From the NCBI GenBank assembly GCA_964252035.1, contig OZ176212.1: a stretch of 64,000 nt of DNA; one strand, written 5' to 3'. The position numbers were made by a program, and so were the translations under genes. This document shows positions 1-10,970 of this stretch, piece after piece; position 1 is the stretch's first letter, and every line of letters starts with the position of its first letter. The stretch comes from Podarcis erhardii (lineage: Eukaryota). The notes under the pieces were generated by a model. It saw only the letters and a list, made by a program, of their open reading frames with translations. It ran no database searches and had not been told where the DNA came from.

Positions 1-44
1 TTATATGAAGGTTGTGCACAAGACCTCTGTATCAGAATTCAGTA

Positions 45-100
45 CAGTGGTACCTCTGTTTTCGAATGTCTCCACTGACAAAAGTTTTGTTTTTTGAATG
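45..100 (+). mobile_element. Solo left end of a Tc1/mariner-type MITE
   Basis: TA|CAGTGGTACCTC at 43-56, same TIR as the complete copies at 33881 and 51556; no right TIR seen. Confidence 0.5.
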
Positions 101-101
101 C

Positions 102-159
102 CAAAACAACACAGAGACAAAACAACACAGAGCAGAAGACAAAACAACACAGAGCAGAA
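102..159. repeat. Short tandem repeat, 3 x CAAAACAACACAGAG
   Basis: Exact 15-mer at 102, 118 and 140; last two units extended by CAGAA. Confidence 0.9.
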
Positions 160-454
160 ATATTCCCCAAGCTTTGCCCACAGGTTTGGGCAGCAAACAA
201 ACTGAACAGCAGTGAATATTCATGTGGCCTGTGTGGAAGCGATGGTGTCAATGGTCACACACATCTGACTGGCTTGTTTGCGACACACAAAGCTCCCAGC
301 TGGAAGCACCCTAAGTTCCGCAGTGCAAAAGGACTCTGTGTTGTTGGTCACTGTTGTTTCCTGCTCTTTTATTATCCTGTTAAAGTTTAACTAAAAAATG
401 TTTATATCATCCAAAAAGAAAGAAGAAGCGTCATTTTCTCTTCAGTGTGTGGGG

Positions 455-665
455 ATGTCAGAAGAGCTCTGCTAGATCAGACCAGAGGTTCCATCTAGTT
501 CAGCATCCCTGTTTCCCGCCATGACCAACCGAATGCCTCTGAGAAACCTACAAGCAGGACATAGGACACAACGCCTCTCCTGCTGCTCTACCCTAGCAGC
601 TGGCAGTCAGTAGCAAAAGTCATCCGAACCTGGAAGTAGCATGTAGCCATCATGACTAACAGGAG
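455..665 (-). mobile_element. CR1 LINE 3' end fragment
   Basis: AGAAGAGCTCTGCTAGATCAGACCAGAGGTTCCATCTAGTTCAGCATCC is the reverse complement of a squamate CR1 3' UTR; similar to 51813-51990 on +. Confidence 0.75.
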
Positions 666-1539
666 CTACCGAGAGCTTTTCTGAATGAACAGTCCTTTTA
701 AGGAAATACCTGCCACTTGTACTGTTTTAACTGATCCGAGGGCTTTTCAGCAACTAACTGACCAAACTTTGCAGCCTTAGAATTAACCCCTCAGAGATGC
801 CCACTCCTGATGGTTGCAGCACGAGTCTTTGTTCCGTGTGTGCCTTCTAACTAGAATAAGTCCAGCCCAGAAATGCAACATAAAGCCAGCTCGAAAGATG
901 AATAACTTGGCTGGGTCTCTACGCAGGAAGGGGTTGAATAAGCCAACTATTATGGAAGTCCCTCCAGATTTGGGGGGTGTTTCAGGTCTCACAGCATGTC
1001 ATTGATGCAACAAAAGTGCATTAATGCTGGATTTATACTGGACTGTCCACACACATTCCTCTTTGTTAGTTTTATGTTCCTACCCCAGTGTTATTACTTT
1101 ATTGTTGTCTGGAGGGGCATTCTTGCCCTTTGGAGGTTTGAGGTTTTTAAAAATCAATTGTATATTTTTTAATGAAACAAACAAACAAACAAACAAGTGG
1201 GACCAACATACCCTAGCCTTGAACATATGGGGTATAAAAAGTTGCAGGATTTCAACAGGAAGTTACGGTACCGGACATGCACTGATGGGAAAGGGAGCAT
1301 TTTGGCCGCCCTGAAACCTTTGCAAGCACAAACGGTATTGAAAGAGGGATGATACAGAACTGCCTCAATACCATTGTGAGCAAAAATAATAAAGAATCCA
1401 CAATACAAAGGACGTCAGAAGCGGCCCACAGTCAGAATCCCATAATGTTCCAATTATGCAACACAGTCAATAACGATGCATTAAAAAAAAAGCATTGTTT
1501 CCACTAATGAATTTGGGATATCCCCATGCTTCAGATTAT

Positions 1540-2090
1540 TATGCTAATGCTCTTCTAGGTTGCATCAACAGAAGCATAGTGTTCCGATCGAGGGAAGTAA
1601 TTGTCTTGCTCTATTCTATCTTGGTCAGACTGCACTTGGGAGTATTGTGTCCAATTCTGGGCACCACAATTTAAGGTGGATATTGACAAGCTGGAAGGTG
1701 TGCAGAGGAGGGCGACCAAGATGATCAAGTGTATGGAAACCAAGTCCTATGAGGAATAGTGGAAGGAATTGGGTATGCTTACCCTGGTAAAAAGAAGACT
1801 GAGAGGAGATATGATAGTCACCTTCAAATATCTAAAGGGCTCTCACATGGAAGATGGAGCGAGCTTGTTTTCTTCTACTGTGGAGGGTAGGACCCAAACC
1901 AATGGCTTCAAGTTACAAGAAAGGAGATTCAGACTAAACATCAGGAAGAACTTTCTGACAATAGGAGCTGTTTGACAGTGGAACAGACTACCATCAAAGG
2001 TGGTGGACTCTCTTTCCTTGAAGCTTTTTAAACAGAAGTTGGTTCATGTATGATCTAGTTGAAATCCCTACATTGAGGAAGGCTGGACTT
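1540..2090 (+). mobile_element. CR1 LINE, 5'-truncated (ORF2 C-terminus plus 3' UTR)
   Basis: ORF 1769-1975 KRRLRGDMIVTFKYLKG...NGFKLQERRFRLNIRKNFLT is typical CR1 ORF2; stops and frameshifts upstream. Confidence 0.95.
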
Positions 2091-2209
2091 TTTTCAGCAT
2101 TTACTTGGTATCAGGGACTGGACTGAGGAGGAATGGTGGGGACTGCCCCCCCCCGAACCTTCCCGAGAAGAGGAGGACGGTATAGATTTAGAACAGTGGT
2201 TTGTAGAAG

Positions 2210-2255
2210 GTCATAGTTCAGAGGGGAGAAGCTGAGAAATATTGGGAGAGCAGCA

Positions 2256-2288
<33 letters not shown>

Positions 2289-2525
2289 GGAAAGACAGCT
2301 GACAAACTCAGTGTCTCTAGAAAGCATTCCTGACCCCCCCTCCCAGGACCCGGCGTGCATCGAGAGTAGTAGAACAGAAAGCTCAGAGGCAGAAAGCACA
2401 GATCAGGCGCAGGGATGACGTAGAACAGGAGAGACAGAGGGGGTGGGACTTTACTTGGAGCAATGACATTATTGGAGAGGCAGCATCATCCGTCTCTCTG
2501 TGTGAATATTGAATAAAATACCATG
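2210..2525 (+). other. Candidate alternative first exon ending at an ATG
   Basis: ATACCATG|GTAAGA at 2518-2531 (A at -3, strong donor); purine-rich leader with (CAG)10; TATA-like TATAGATTTA at 2181; start is approximate. Confidence 0.4.
2258..2287. repeat. (CAG)10 microsatellite
   Basis: Counted directly. Confidence 0.97.
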
Positions 2526-2690
2526 GTAAGAACTTCTTGGTTTCCCATTTCTGGCTGGCAGTCATGAGGGAGGGGGGTCGGATTCCCCAAAGCCTGACAC
2601 TTGGGCAGAACTCCCATTGATCTCAGTGAGGGTTGCTACCTGGTAGGCAACAAAATGAATGACATGGGCAATAATAATAATAATAAATCC

Positions 2691-2838
2691 CTTCCTGTAG
2701 TACCTTAGAGACCAACTAAGTTTGTTATTGGTATGAAAGCTCATACCAATAACAAACTTAGTTGGTCTCTAAGGTGCTACTGGAAGGAATTTTTTTATTT
2801 TGGTTCGACTATGGCAGACCAACATGGCTACCTACCTG
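2691..2838. mobile_element. Penelope-like element terminal fold-back remnant
   Basis: Perfect inverted arms 2702-2736/2741-2775; GACTATGGCAGACCAACATGGCTACC tail shared with 19815-20044; 13-bp direct flanks TAATAATAAATCC (2678-2690, 2839-2851). Confidence 0.85.
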
Positions 2839-3313
2839 TAATAATAAATCCATCCACCTTCTTAATCCTCTTGAATTATGCTTCCAGAATAATGGTGTCT
2901 AAAAGGGCTTTATTCTGTTCCAGAACCCATTATGAATGCTATGGTTCAATCTTAGAACAAATGAAAAAAGACTAAAAGCAACCAAACTGTGTTTCCTTGA
3001 CTTCCCCACTGAATAACTAGCACCAGCCCTAAACTTTGACGGAATAGGAAACATATAGAGCTGCCTTCTACTAACTGGGCATATGTTTACATTACCGCTT
3101 ACTCTGCAGCCAGGTGTTCTCACTGCTGTTGGGTTGTTGTTGTTTTTTTAAAAAAAACATTTTTATTAAAGGTTTTATCATGCTACAAAACAAATAAAAC
3201 GGGGGAAAGTAAATCTTTCATCTCTTTCGCTATGACGTTAGCCACAATCCATATTGATCCTGTAGTTTCTGGACAAATACTGCTGTTGCTTTGACTTTCC
3301 TTTTTCAAACCAG

Positions 3314-3389
3314 CTTCAATCCAATTTGAAAGCTGGATGTGGAGCAAGTGGTAATATGAACATTTGAGATCGCTGCTGTGCATTAACAG
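3314..3389 (+). other. Candidate non-coding exon (76 nt)
   Basis: Acceptor TTTGACTTTCCTTTTTCAAACCAG| and donor CAG|GTGAGA. Confidence 0.3.
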
Positions 3390-3779
3390 GTGAGAGTGCA
3401 CATGCGCAGACTGACAGCTTCCTGAATAGGAGTTCCAGGGGGAGGGGATGCTGCAGGGGCAGTCATGTGCCTCGAGTGCAGACATCCTTGCCTCCTTTCT
3501 GAAGTAAGCAACACGGTGCAAATGTAGCTTGAAACACAGTGTGGGTATGGGGGGGCGGGGGATGACCTTGCTGCGTGTGAACATATCTGACTGATCAGAC
3601 TGTTTGTTCCTCTAGCCCTGTAATGTCTTGTCTCCTCCACTCTTGACTGGTAGTGGCTCTCAGGCAAAGATAAATGTCTCTCCCCCCCCGCCCCTTACCT
3701 GCAATTTGATTATTTTGATGGGGGATGCAAGGGATTAAAACTTGCACCTGTGCTCCAGTGGAGAGTGGTCCTTTTAGGT

Positions 3780-3915
3780 CAGTGATGGCCAAACTTAGCC
3801 CTCCAGCTGTTTTGGGACTACAATTCCCATCATCCCTGACCACTGGTCCCATTAGCTAGGGATGATGGGAGTTGTAGTCCAAAAACAGCTGGGGGGCCAA
3901 GTTTGGCCACCACTG
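3780..3915. mobile_element. hAT-type palindromic MITE (family B)
   Basis: CAGTGATGGCCAAACT...AGTTTGGCCACCACTG; exact 8-bp TSD TTTTAGGT. Confidence 0.93.
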
Positions 3916-4533
3916 TTTTAGGTGAATGGGGCAGGGCCATTCTCACCAACCTCAGTAGACTCTTAACCAGCCACACCTCCCATACCTTATTACTTACTTA
4001 CTTACTTACTTGGGTGGCCCTAGCTGTCGGCACCCTTAGGGAGCCTCCATACTTTGCTTAATGTAGATTGTGAAATCACACTTTCTCCTTCTTAAATCCG
4101 AAGACTCCCTTTGCAGCCAATGTAGCCACATGGATGAGAGAGAACTGAAGGAGGTACCAAGGGGGTTGACATTCTGTATTAAGCCAAGGAATGGGCAGGG
4201 CCTTGGACCTGGATGGGTCGACTGAACTCAGCAGGGAGGATGATAGGGACAAAACAAGTTGGCTCCACTCCCTGTCATTGGTCTTGGACCTCCCTATCTC
4301 CCACCCTACCAGAGATGTGTTCTACTGCAGAGACATGGTTTCTCAATTAAAGAGTAGGATAGCTGTTAGTTGTGGAGTGGCATGAAATAATAATAATAAT
4401 AATAAGGTCCCAGTCTTTCCTTATTTATTGTGTCTATCCTGAATTTCTTCCATGACATTCAAGGCAGCATAGAGGACAGCCACGTGGTTTAGCTTCAGCA
4501 AGATGACCCAAAAAACCAAAATGTGCCTTTCAG

Positions 4534-4593
4534 ACCACACCCTGGGGCTCTTTCCCAAGAACGGGAGTACCAACTTTCCCCACCCTCCAACAG
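4534..4593 (+). other. Candidate 60-nt exon
   Basis: GTGCCTTTCAG| acceptor, CAG|GTATGC donor; open in phase 0 (TTPWGSFPRTGVPTFPTLQQ). Confidence 0.25.
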
Positions 4594-5083
4594 GTATGCC
4601 AAAATCAGCGTGCAGCCCGAGCAATGATTGATGGGAACGCTTCATCGGTTGGGTTCCAGTCTGTTGCACAGACCGTAAAACTTTCGAGGGAAAACACTGA
4701 AAGCTTCAACGCCTTGGCACCTTTGTTGATTTATTTATAACCCCGGCAGCAACTCTCCGGGCGTTCCCTTTGGAGTTCTGCCCCGCGGAACTCAAGAGGG
4801 AATCCCTTTCCCATCAAGCCCACGCAGGACCCGGCTTTACCAGCCTATGGAAAAAGCTCGAGCAGAGATGCTGCGAGAAGCCGGCGGCTTGTCCGCTTGG
4901 CCAGGGCCGGCGTGTCTTTCCGCGCAGCGCGGGGCAACGCTGTCGGGGCGCGCGGGCTGGCGAGAACTTGGCGCCGGGAGGAGTTGGGCGCTCTTGCTCC
5001 AAGAACCCACCTCCGGCCGCGAAAGATCCGCCGCGCGCCCTGGCGCACTCGCCCTCGGCCTGCAGGGTGCAGGCGTTAGCCAA

Positions 5084-5146
5084 GGCGGCGGCGGCGGCGG
5101 CGGCGGCGGCGGCTGTGGGGAGGAGGAGGAGGAGGAGGAGGAGGAG
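5084..5146. repeat. (GGC)10 followed by (GAG)9
   Basis: Counted directly: 5084-5113 and 5120-5146. Confidence 0.97.
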
Positions 5147-5149
5147 CCA

Positions 5150-5543
5150 GGCCGGCCTCCTTCCCTTCGGCTCTCGAGTCCATTTCCCCAGCTCGAGTGA
5201 CACAAACACGCCAGGCGAGCGCCGCCGCTGCCCAAGCCAGGATCTTACAAACCCCTCTCCGTCGCCGCCGTCCCTGCCGCCGCCTTCGCCTTCGCCGCTC
5301 CGGGCCCGTCTTCTCGCAGGCGCGCCGAGCACCCGAGCCGATCCCCTCCCCGGGGGCTGCACCGAAAGAAGCGCGCGGGGAAACTCCAGCTTGCAAGCAA
5401 GGCGAGGGGAAGGGGAGGGGGGCACGACGCCAGCTTCCTGCTTGCAAAGAAGGGGGGCGGGGGGAGAGAGAGAAGAAGAAGACGAAGAAGAAGACGAGGA
5501 GAAGCGGCGGCGGCAGCAGCAGCAGCAGCAGCAGCAACCCGAG
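5150..5543 (+). other. Putative non-coding first exon of an unidentified gene (start approximate)
   Basis: Lies in the CpG island and ends at CCCGAG|GTAGGT; low-complexity 5'UTR-like sequence with no ATG-initiated ORF of recognisable protein. Confidence 0.6.
5514..5537. repeat. (CAG)7CAA just upstream of the splice donor
   Basis: Counted directly. Confidence 0.95.
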
Positions 5544-6091
5544 GTAGGTTACAGGGGGCCGAGAGGAGGCGAAGGGGATGGCGCGTTTCCGAGGATCCTC
5601 TTTGGGGAGGGGTGGTGGTGGTTTCCTTCCTTCCTTCGCGTTCCTGAACCCCAATATGTCTTCCGTTCCCGGCCCCCCACCCTCTCCCAGCTGTCTCCAC
5701 CCTGCGCTCCCCGTCCCATCGCAGCTGTTCCTGTCACTGCCAACGTTGCAAATCGACAGGAGATCGGGCAGGGGTGGTGGGGGAAAAGGTGGAACAGCCC
5801 CCCCCCCACTTTCCATATAGGGATTTTTTTTTGGTCTTTGGAATCTTGTGGAGCGCAATGTTTTCTCGTCTCTCTTCCACACCCCCCCCCTCTCGTTTAA
5901 TCTCATCACTTACTCTTCTCCACCCCGCATCTTCTCTCCTCCCCCATCGGGTTTGGCACACTATATATATATATATGCGTGCCATATATGTGTGTGTATG
6001 TGTGGCACGCACATACAGACACATATATATACTGTCTTTTCCCCAGCAATGGAGAGGAGAGTGCTTTTAAGGAGAGAGGGAAGAAAAAGGG

Positions 6092-6115
6092 ACACACACA
6101 CACACACACACACAC
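6092..6115. repeat. (AC)n microsatellite
   Basis: Seen directly. Confidence 0.95.
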
Positions 6116-8527
6116 TTCCTTTAACATTTTTTTGCTGGTTTGTTTACTACCCTCATCAAGAGCTTTGTGCCAACTTGGGGTTTGCAGTAATTTTTCCCAT
6201 GCAGAAATAAGAGGTTGGAATTGGAGTGATTCCCCGCAAAAGCAAAATTCTCTATAATGTACCCCAGTAATCAAGATTATGTGTTCTGCAACTTAACTAG
6301 GAGATAAAGCAGCTGTTTGGGTTGGATTGATATATATCTCTCTTTTTTTTTCTTGTGTGAATCCAGTACTTGGCACTGTTGGTGCCTCGGATTCTAATCC
6401 CGAGTGGGTTTATGTTTTTCTTATTTCATTTTACTTGTTATATTTAACTCTTTTTTTAAAAAAATGGTTTGCAAAGGCCACAGCTAGGAAACTAGTTTTG
6501 ACATTCACTTTGGGGTGGAGGAGTTTGGAGAGGGGATGGCGTTTTATTTTCTATTGGTGTTTAAAGGGGGGCAAATATGGGTAAATATTTTCTTAAAAAA
6601 TAAGGACGTTTGGCATGTGGCTGGCCGATCACAAGTCTGGGGGGGCTGTAGGGGGGACTGCGTAGTGTTTGTTTCACATTGGCAGCAGGGCCCATTTTCT
6701 GGCTGAGCTGGATTTAACTTTGCATGTTGCAGTCCTTCTTGCCCCCCCCAAAAAAAATATGGGAGGGGAAGGGTCGGAGGGGTGAGTGATGAGTTCCCCC
6801 GCTTGGCTTGATCAGAGAGAGGGGGGAGGAAGGGGGTTACTTTGGGTTGAAAAGGACCCATGCAGCAGGGAGCCTGTCCTTGAAGGAAGGGGGGTCCTGA
6901 GGGTCGACGCTGATTCTCAGTTCTGTGGTCGTGGTGACAGCTGTCCATGATGGGACATGACTGGGGGGGGGGCTGGTTTAATCCTTGCTGCTAATGCATC
7001 CTGGTTCTTAAAAATCAAAAGCCTTGAGATGTGTGTCTGCAAAAGCTTCTCACCCCCAGCTCCCTGTGGCATATTTTATTTAAATGTGAAAATGGAGACA
7101 GCGGTGGTGGCAGTGTGTGCTGGGTGCAGGATAGCTCCAATATGCTGCTGTGGCCTGGAATTGTGCCCCTGTTTTTATGTCCATGGCAGCCCAGACAGCA
7201 TGCAAGTTTTTGCACGCATCTGGCCCGAGGGGGGAACTGCAAACAAGCGCTGCCTCCGCCACTGCTGCCGTGCAAGGAGGTGCTGCTGTGCTCTGCCCCT
7301 CCCTCTTCTCGTCAGACTTGGACTTGCTGTTTGTATATGTATATATATTTAATTGCAGCAAAAGCTCCCCACTTCCACACATTTTGCTTGCTGGTGCCCG
7401 TTAAGGTGGGGTGCAGGACGCAAAGGAAGGGGGAGGAAGAGGCCCTGCCCTTTGACACAAGGCAGTCCCTAGAGGACTGTCCCTTACTGTGGGTCAACAA
7501 GAGGTGACAGGGTCAAGCCAGGCACCTTTCAGCCCCTTTCCCCTGAAATTGTGGGGCGCAGGGGTTTTTTTGGGTGGGGGAGAGGAGGGGGCAGGTGTGC
7601 TGGAGGGGAAAGGTGGCTTGGTTAGGTGGAGAATTCAGTCCGCCTCTCAGGTCGGACCTTGTTTCTTTCTACGTGGGTCCAGCGCTCTGTCTGGATGTGT
7701 GCATGTGCGACCCCCTCCACTCCCTCTGGACCCGTGTCCCTCTCTCTTCTTTCACTAGCCTTTGGTTCCCACTCTGACCCCCATGTAGGGATCTCCCTAT
7801 GTCCGCCTTTAGCTGCCTTGCCCTGCCATATCACCATGCAATATTAATTGTCACATTACCTCCCTTTGGAGAGTGAGATGACTTTTGCTCTGTGTATGGG
7901 GAGCGGGGAGGGTGGTATCAAAGTCACCTTTTACTGTGGGGGGTGGGGAGGCGCAACTGTGCCTTTTCTTTCTTTAAAGAAAGAAATTCTATAGCTAGTA
8001 GGCTTTGAAGGAAGTTACAAGTGTTGGTTGCATGTTGGTAGTGGGTAAAAGGGCAAAGGTCGTGACCTGGAGAGCAACTTCAGCCTTGCCCATCCTAAAG
8101 GAGCTTATGCGGCCTGTAAGCAATGGAGGGGTGAGCGCAGGCCAGGCAATGTGACTTGTCCAAAGTCAGAGGTCAAAGCTGAGAATCCACCCATAAATCC
8201 TTTATTTTCCTGCGAGAGCAGAGTTTTGTCAACATCGCAAAGAGCTTAGGGCAGACTTGGGGCGTTTTCCTCCGTCGGTACACTGAAAGTCCTTCACTGT
8301 CGTTGTCCCGTCCTGTGTCTCCCCCCTCCCCGCATTCCCTACCCTTATAAATCGTTACAGTAAATATTTTAAAATTTGAAATGTCCCTCTTTGCCTTTGT
8401 ATATCACAATGGCACCATTTGTGCATTTAAAAGACTCGAAAGGAAGTTGTAAGGGTCTTTTGGTAACACATGTGAAAACACCCCTGCTGGATTTGAAGTG
8501 TGTGTGTTACACATGCCCCCCCTCCCT

Positions 8528-8528
<1 letters not shown>

Positions 8529-8569
<41 letters not shown>

Positions 8570-8698
8570 GGAGGACCTGTAAATTCCCTTACTCCCAGGC
8601 AACTGGGGCTTGGCAAAAGCATCAGAATGTATTGTCTCTGCTGTTGGCTAAGGAAAGGAGAGAGAGGACACTGCTTTTCAAGTATCCTTTCAGTTTCT

Positions 8699-8740
<42 letters not shown>
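8529..8740. repeat. (CA)n (8529-8564) and (AG)20 (8701-8740) microsatellites
   Basis: Seen directly. Confidence 0.95.
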
Positions 8741-8742
<2 letters not shown>

Positions 8743-8969
8743 GTTGTGCTGTCCAGCTTTGGAAGCCCTTCCGTCCCAGTTCCAGAGGTGTGGAAGAAGC
8801 AAACTGTGACTACTCTACAGTGGTAGGAAATACACTTTGTGTGTGCTCAGATATGCTGTCCTTTGCATCAAAAAACAGGTTCCTGGCTCTGGTGACTTGT
8901 ATTTGTAGATGGAACATTTTTGGTTGGTACTGGAATGTAAGTAAGGGGTGCTTGTCCTGAAGGTGGGGC

Positions 8970-8970
8970 T

Positions 8971-9022
<52 letters not shown>
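8970..9022. repeat. Compound (TG)n(AG)n microsatellite
   Basis: Seen directly. Confidence 0.95.
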
Positions 9023-9026
<4 letters not shown>

Positions 9027-10849
9027 ATCTGATAGGGCGAATGGGTGCTCTGCTTTGCTATGGCTGTGCCCAGGCAATGTTTCGTAGGAGCCCAGAGGTG
9101 CCACTGTGGGGAATAATCTGCAGTGGGCAGCTCAAGGGCAGCATTCTGGTTGCAAGCCTGAACTGCCTGTACGATATGTGGGTGATTGTGCTTTTGCTGG
9201 AAGCTTCCCGACAACAACCAAACAGGTTTCCCTACCTGTAAACATTATTAGCTATGTAAATAATTATTAGCAGACGTGTGCCCACACTCGCGTGGTACAC
9301 CTCGGACTTGGTGGCAGCACCGTTAGCCAATGCTGTGTGCCGTGGCTTCCGGCTGGTGAATGCTACAATGCTGGTTTGACCTTTGGTTGCGATGACTCTG
9401 GGGGATACCCTTCCCCTGGGACCATTGCTGATTCTCCATTCCGTATTGACAAGTTGCTGCTGCCATTGCAGAGAACAGAGCAGACTGCAGGGTGATATGC
9501 TGGGTTTGCTTACCCACTCGAGCATTTGCTTCTAGGGTTAATCTTACATCGTTCATTTCCCTTTTTGCTCAGAGACGTCCAGGCCGGTCTGTTTGCCGTC
9601 ACAGATTACTGGATTATTTTTCATTGTAAACATTTCTTTACGTTAACATGATTGCATGCACCCCCTCTAAACCCAACACTTGTGTATATTGGGGGTGCTT
9701 ATGTGTATCTTCCTTTTAGAGGTGTGCGCTGGTGTCTGGTCTGCACATTGTACGGGTTTGCTGCGCAAGGGTGTGTATGCACTCAGTTGCGGTGTGTGCC
9801 CAAGTTTCTTGCTTGCTGTATATGCAGGAAGTATAATATTTGCACGTGCCTTGTAGGAATACAGTACCTATATATATTTGCTCACAAGTGTGCACTTATA
9901 CATACAGTTAGCACTCAGCTTGCATGACCACCCAAGCAGTTGTGGGGGATATACCTATTAGGAGGCTTGGCCAATAGATAATACCTTGCTTGGAGCCATT
10001 TGGTGAGCTTCATGGTTGGGTAAGGGTGTTGCATCTGTCCCTGGTGCATTTGACACAGTAGTCTTTCCATTGCACCACACTGGTTCTTGTGTAGCAACAG
10101 CAACATAGGCTGACCTTTTACACAGTATGGCTGTCTGAGTTTCACTGCTGCAGTGGAGGAGGCCCTGGAAGCGCTCAGCCAGCATTAGTGGCACTATCCT
10201 CTGGTGCCAGAAACCAAGGACACATGGTCTCTTAGCAGGAAACCCAGGCATGGCAGACTTTGCTCAAAGATTAGAGATCTTGGGACCCAGGAATGGGCAG
10301 AACACTGCCAGAGAAATAGCCACTCTTTGCAAACTTTCAACAAAGTTAAATGCCCACTAATAAAACAATTTCCAACAGTGTTTTGTTGTGCCTAGATACA
10401 TGTTATTGGGAGCTGGAAAAGCTGTGCCTTAAAAAAAAAGTCCATATGCACATTGGTTTTCCGAGCCGCAGACTAAAAAGCTGACATTTCCAAGAGCATT
10501 CAGAAAACCCCAGAGTGCAGAAACTGTGAGTTGTGTATTTTCGTAACCACGGTGTGTAGCGGCTTTGTTTGGTAGGGGAGGTTGATGCCAAGAAGGTTAT
10601 AAAATAAGAGGTGCTGGAGCTCAGACCTAGGTGGGAACCATCTACTTAATCCCAGAAATTGTGGTGATTCAGTAATGAGGGAAACACTCTGCACATGCCC
10701 ATAGGCATTCTTTCCCTTACTATGTTCCAGGCGAATGTTGGTATTCAAACCTAGAGGTTTTGTGCTACAGCAGCGAGATCTGAGGGTTTGTTTCTTCCTC
10801 ACTGCCACTGGTGTTGGTGGTGGAGTGTGTTGTTATAATAATACGCTGA

Positions 10850-10970
10850 AAGATGTAATGCTCTTGTAAGTGCGCTGTGCGTATTTATCTCGGTAATCCT
10901 TACAACAAACTTGTCAAGAAGACCGGTGGTGGTATTAGGCTGAGACGCAGTGGCATGCTTAGGACAATCT
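10850..10970 (-). mobile_element. Degenerate MIR/Ther1-like SINE
   Basis: ATTTATCTCGGTAATCCTTACAACAA...GCTGAGACGCAGTGGCATGCTTAGG resembles the MIR core and tail. Confidence 0.4.

Larger units (their letters stand above)
4590..5790. promoter_or_regulatory. CpG island / promoter
   Basis: Very GC- and CpG-dense block against a CpG-poor background; no transposon sequence recognised inside it. Confidence 0.92.

Noticed and set aside
102-159. Repeat-spacer pattern resembling a CRISPR array
   Set aside because: Three 15-nt units with 1- and 7-nt gaps in eukaryotic DNA; ordinary tandem duplication
2522-2639. Minus-strand exon (CCAG| ... ATG|GTATTT)
   Set aside because: Weak donor; the + strand donor at the same spot is much stronger. 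Not excluded, but unsupported
4770-5909. Long ORFs (up to 376 aa) on both strands of the CpG island
   Set aside because: Stop-codon scarcity in GC-rich triplet-repeat DNA; homopolymer-rich translations in every frame, several with non-ATG starts, no recognisable domain
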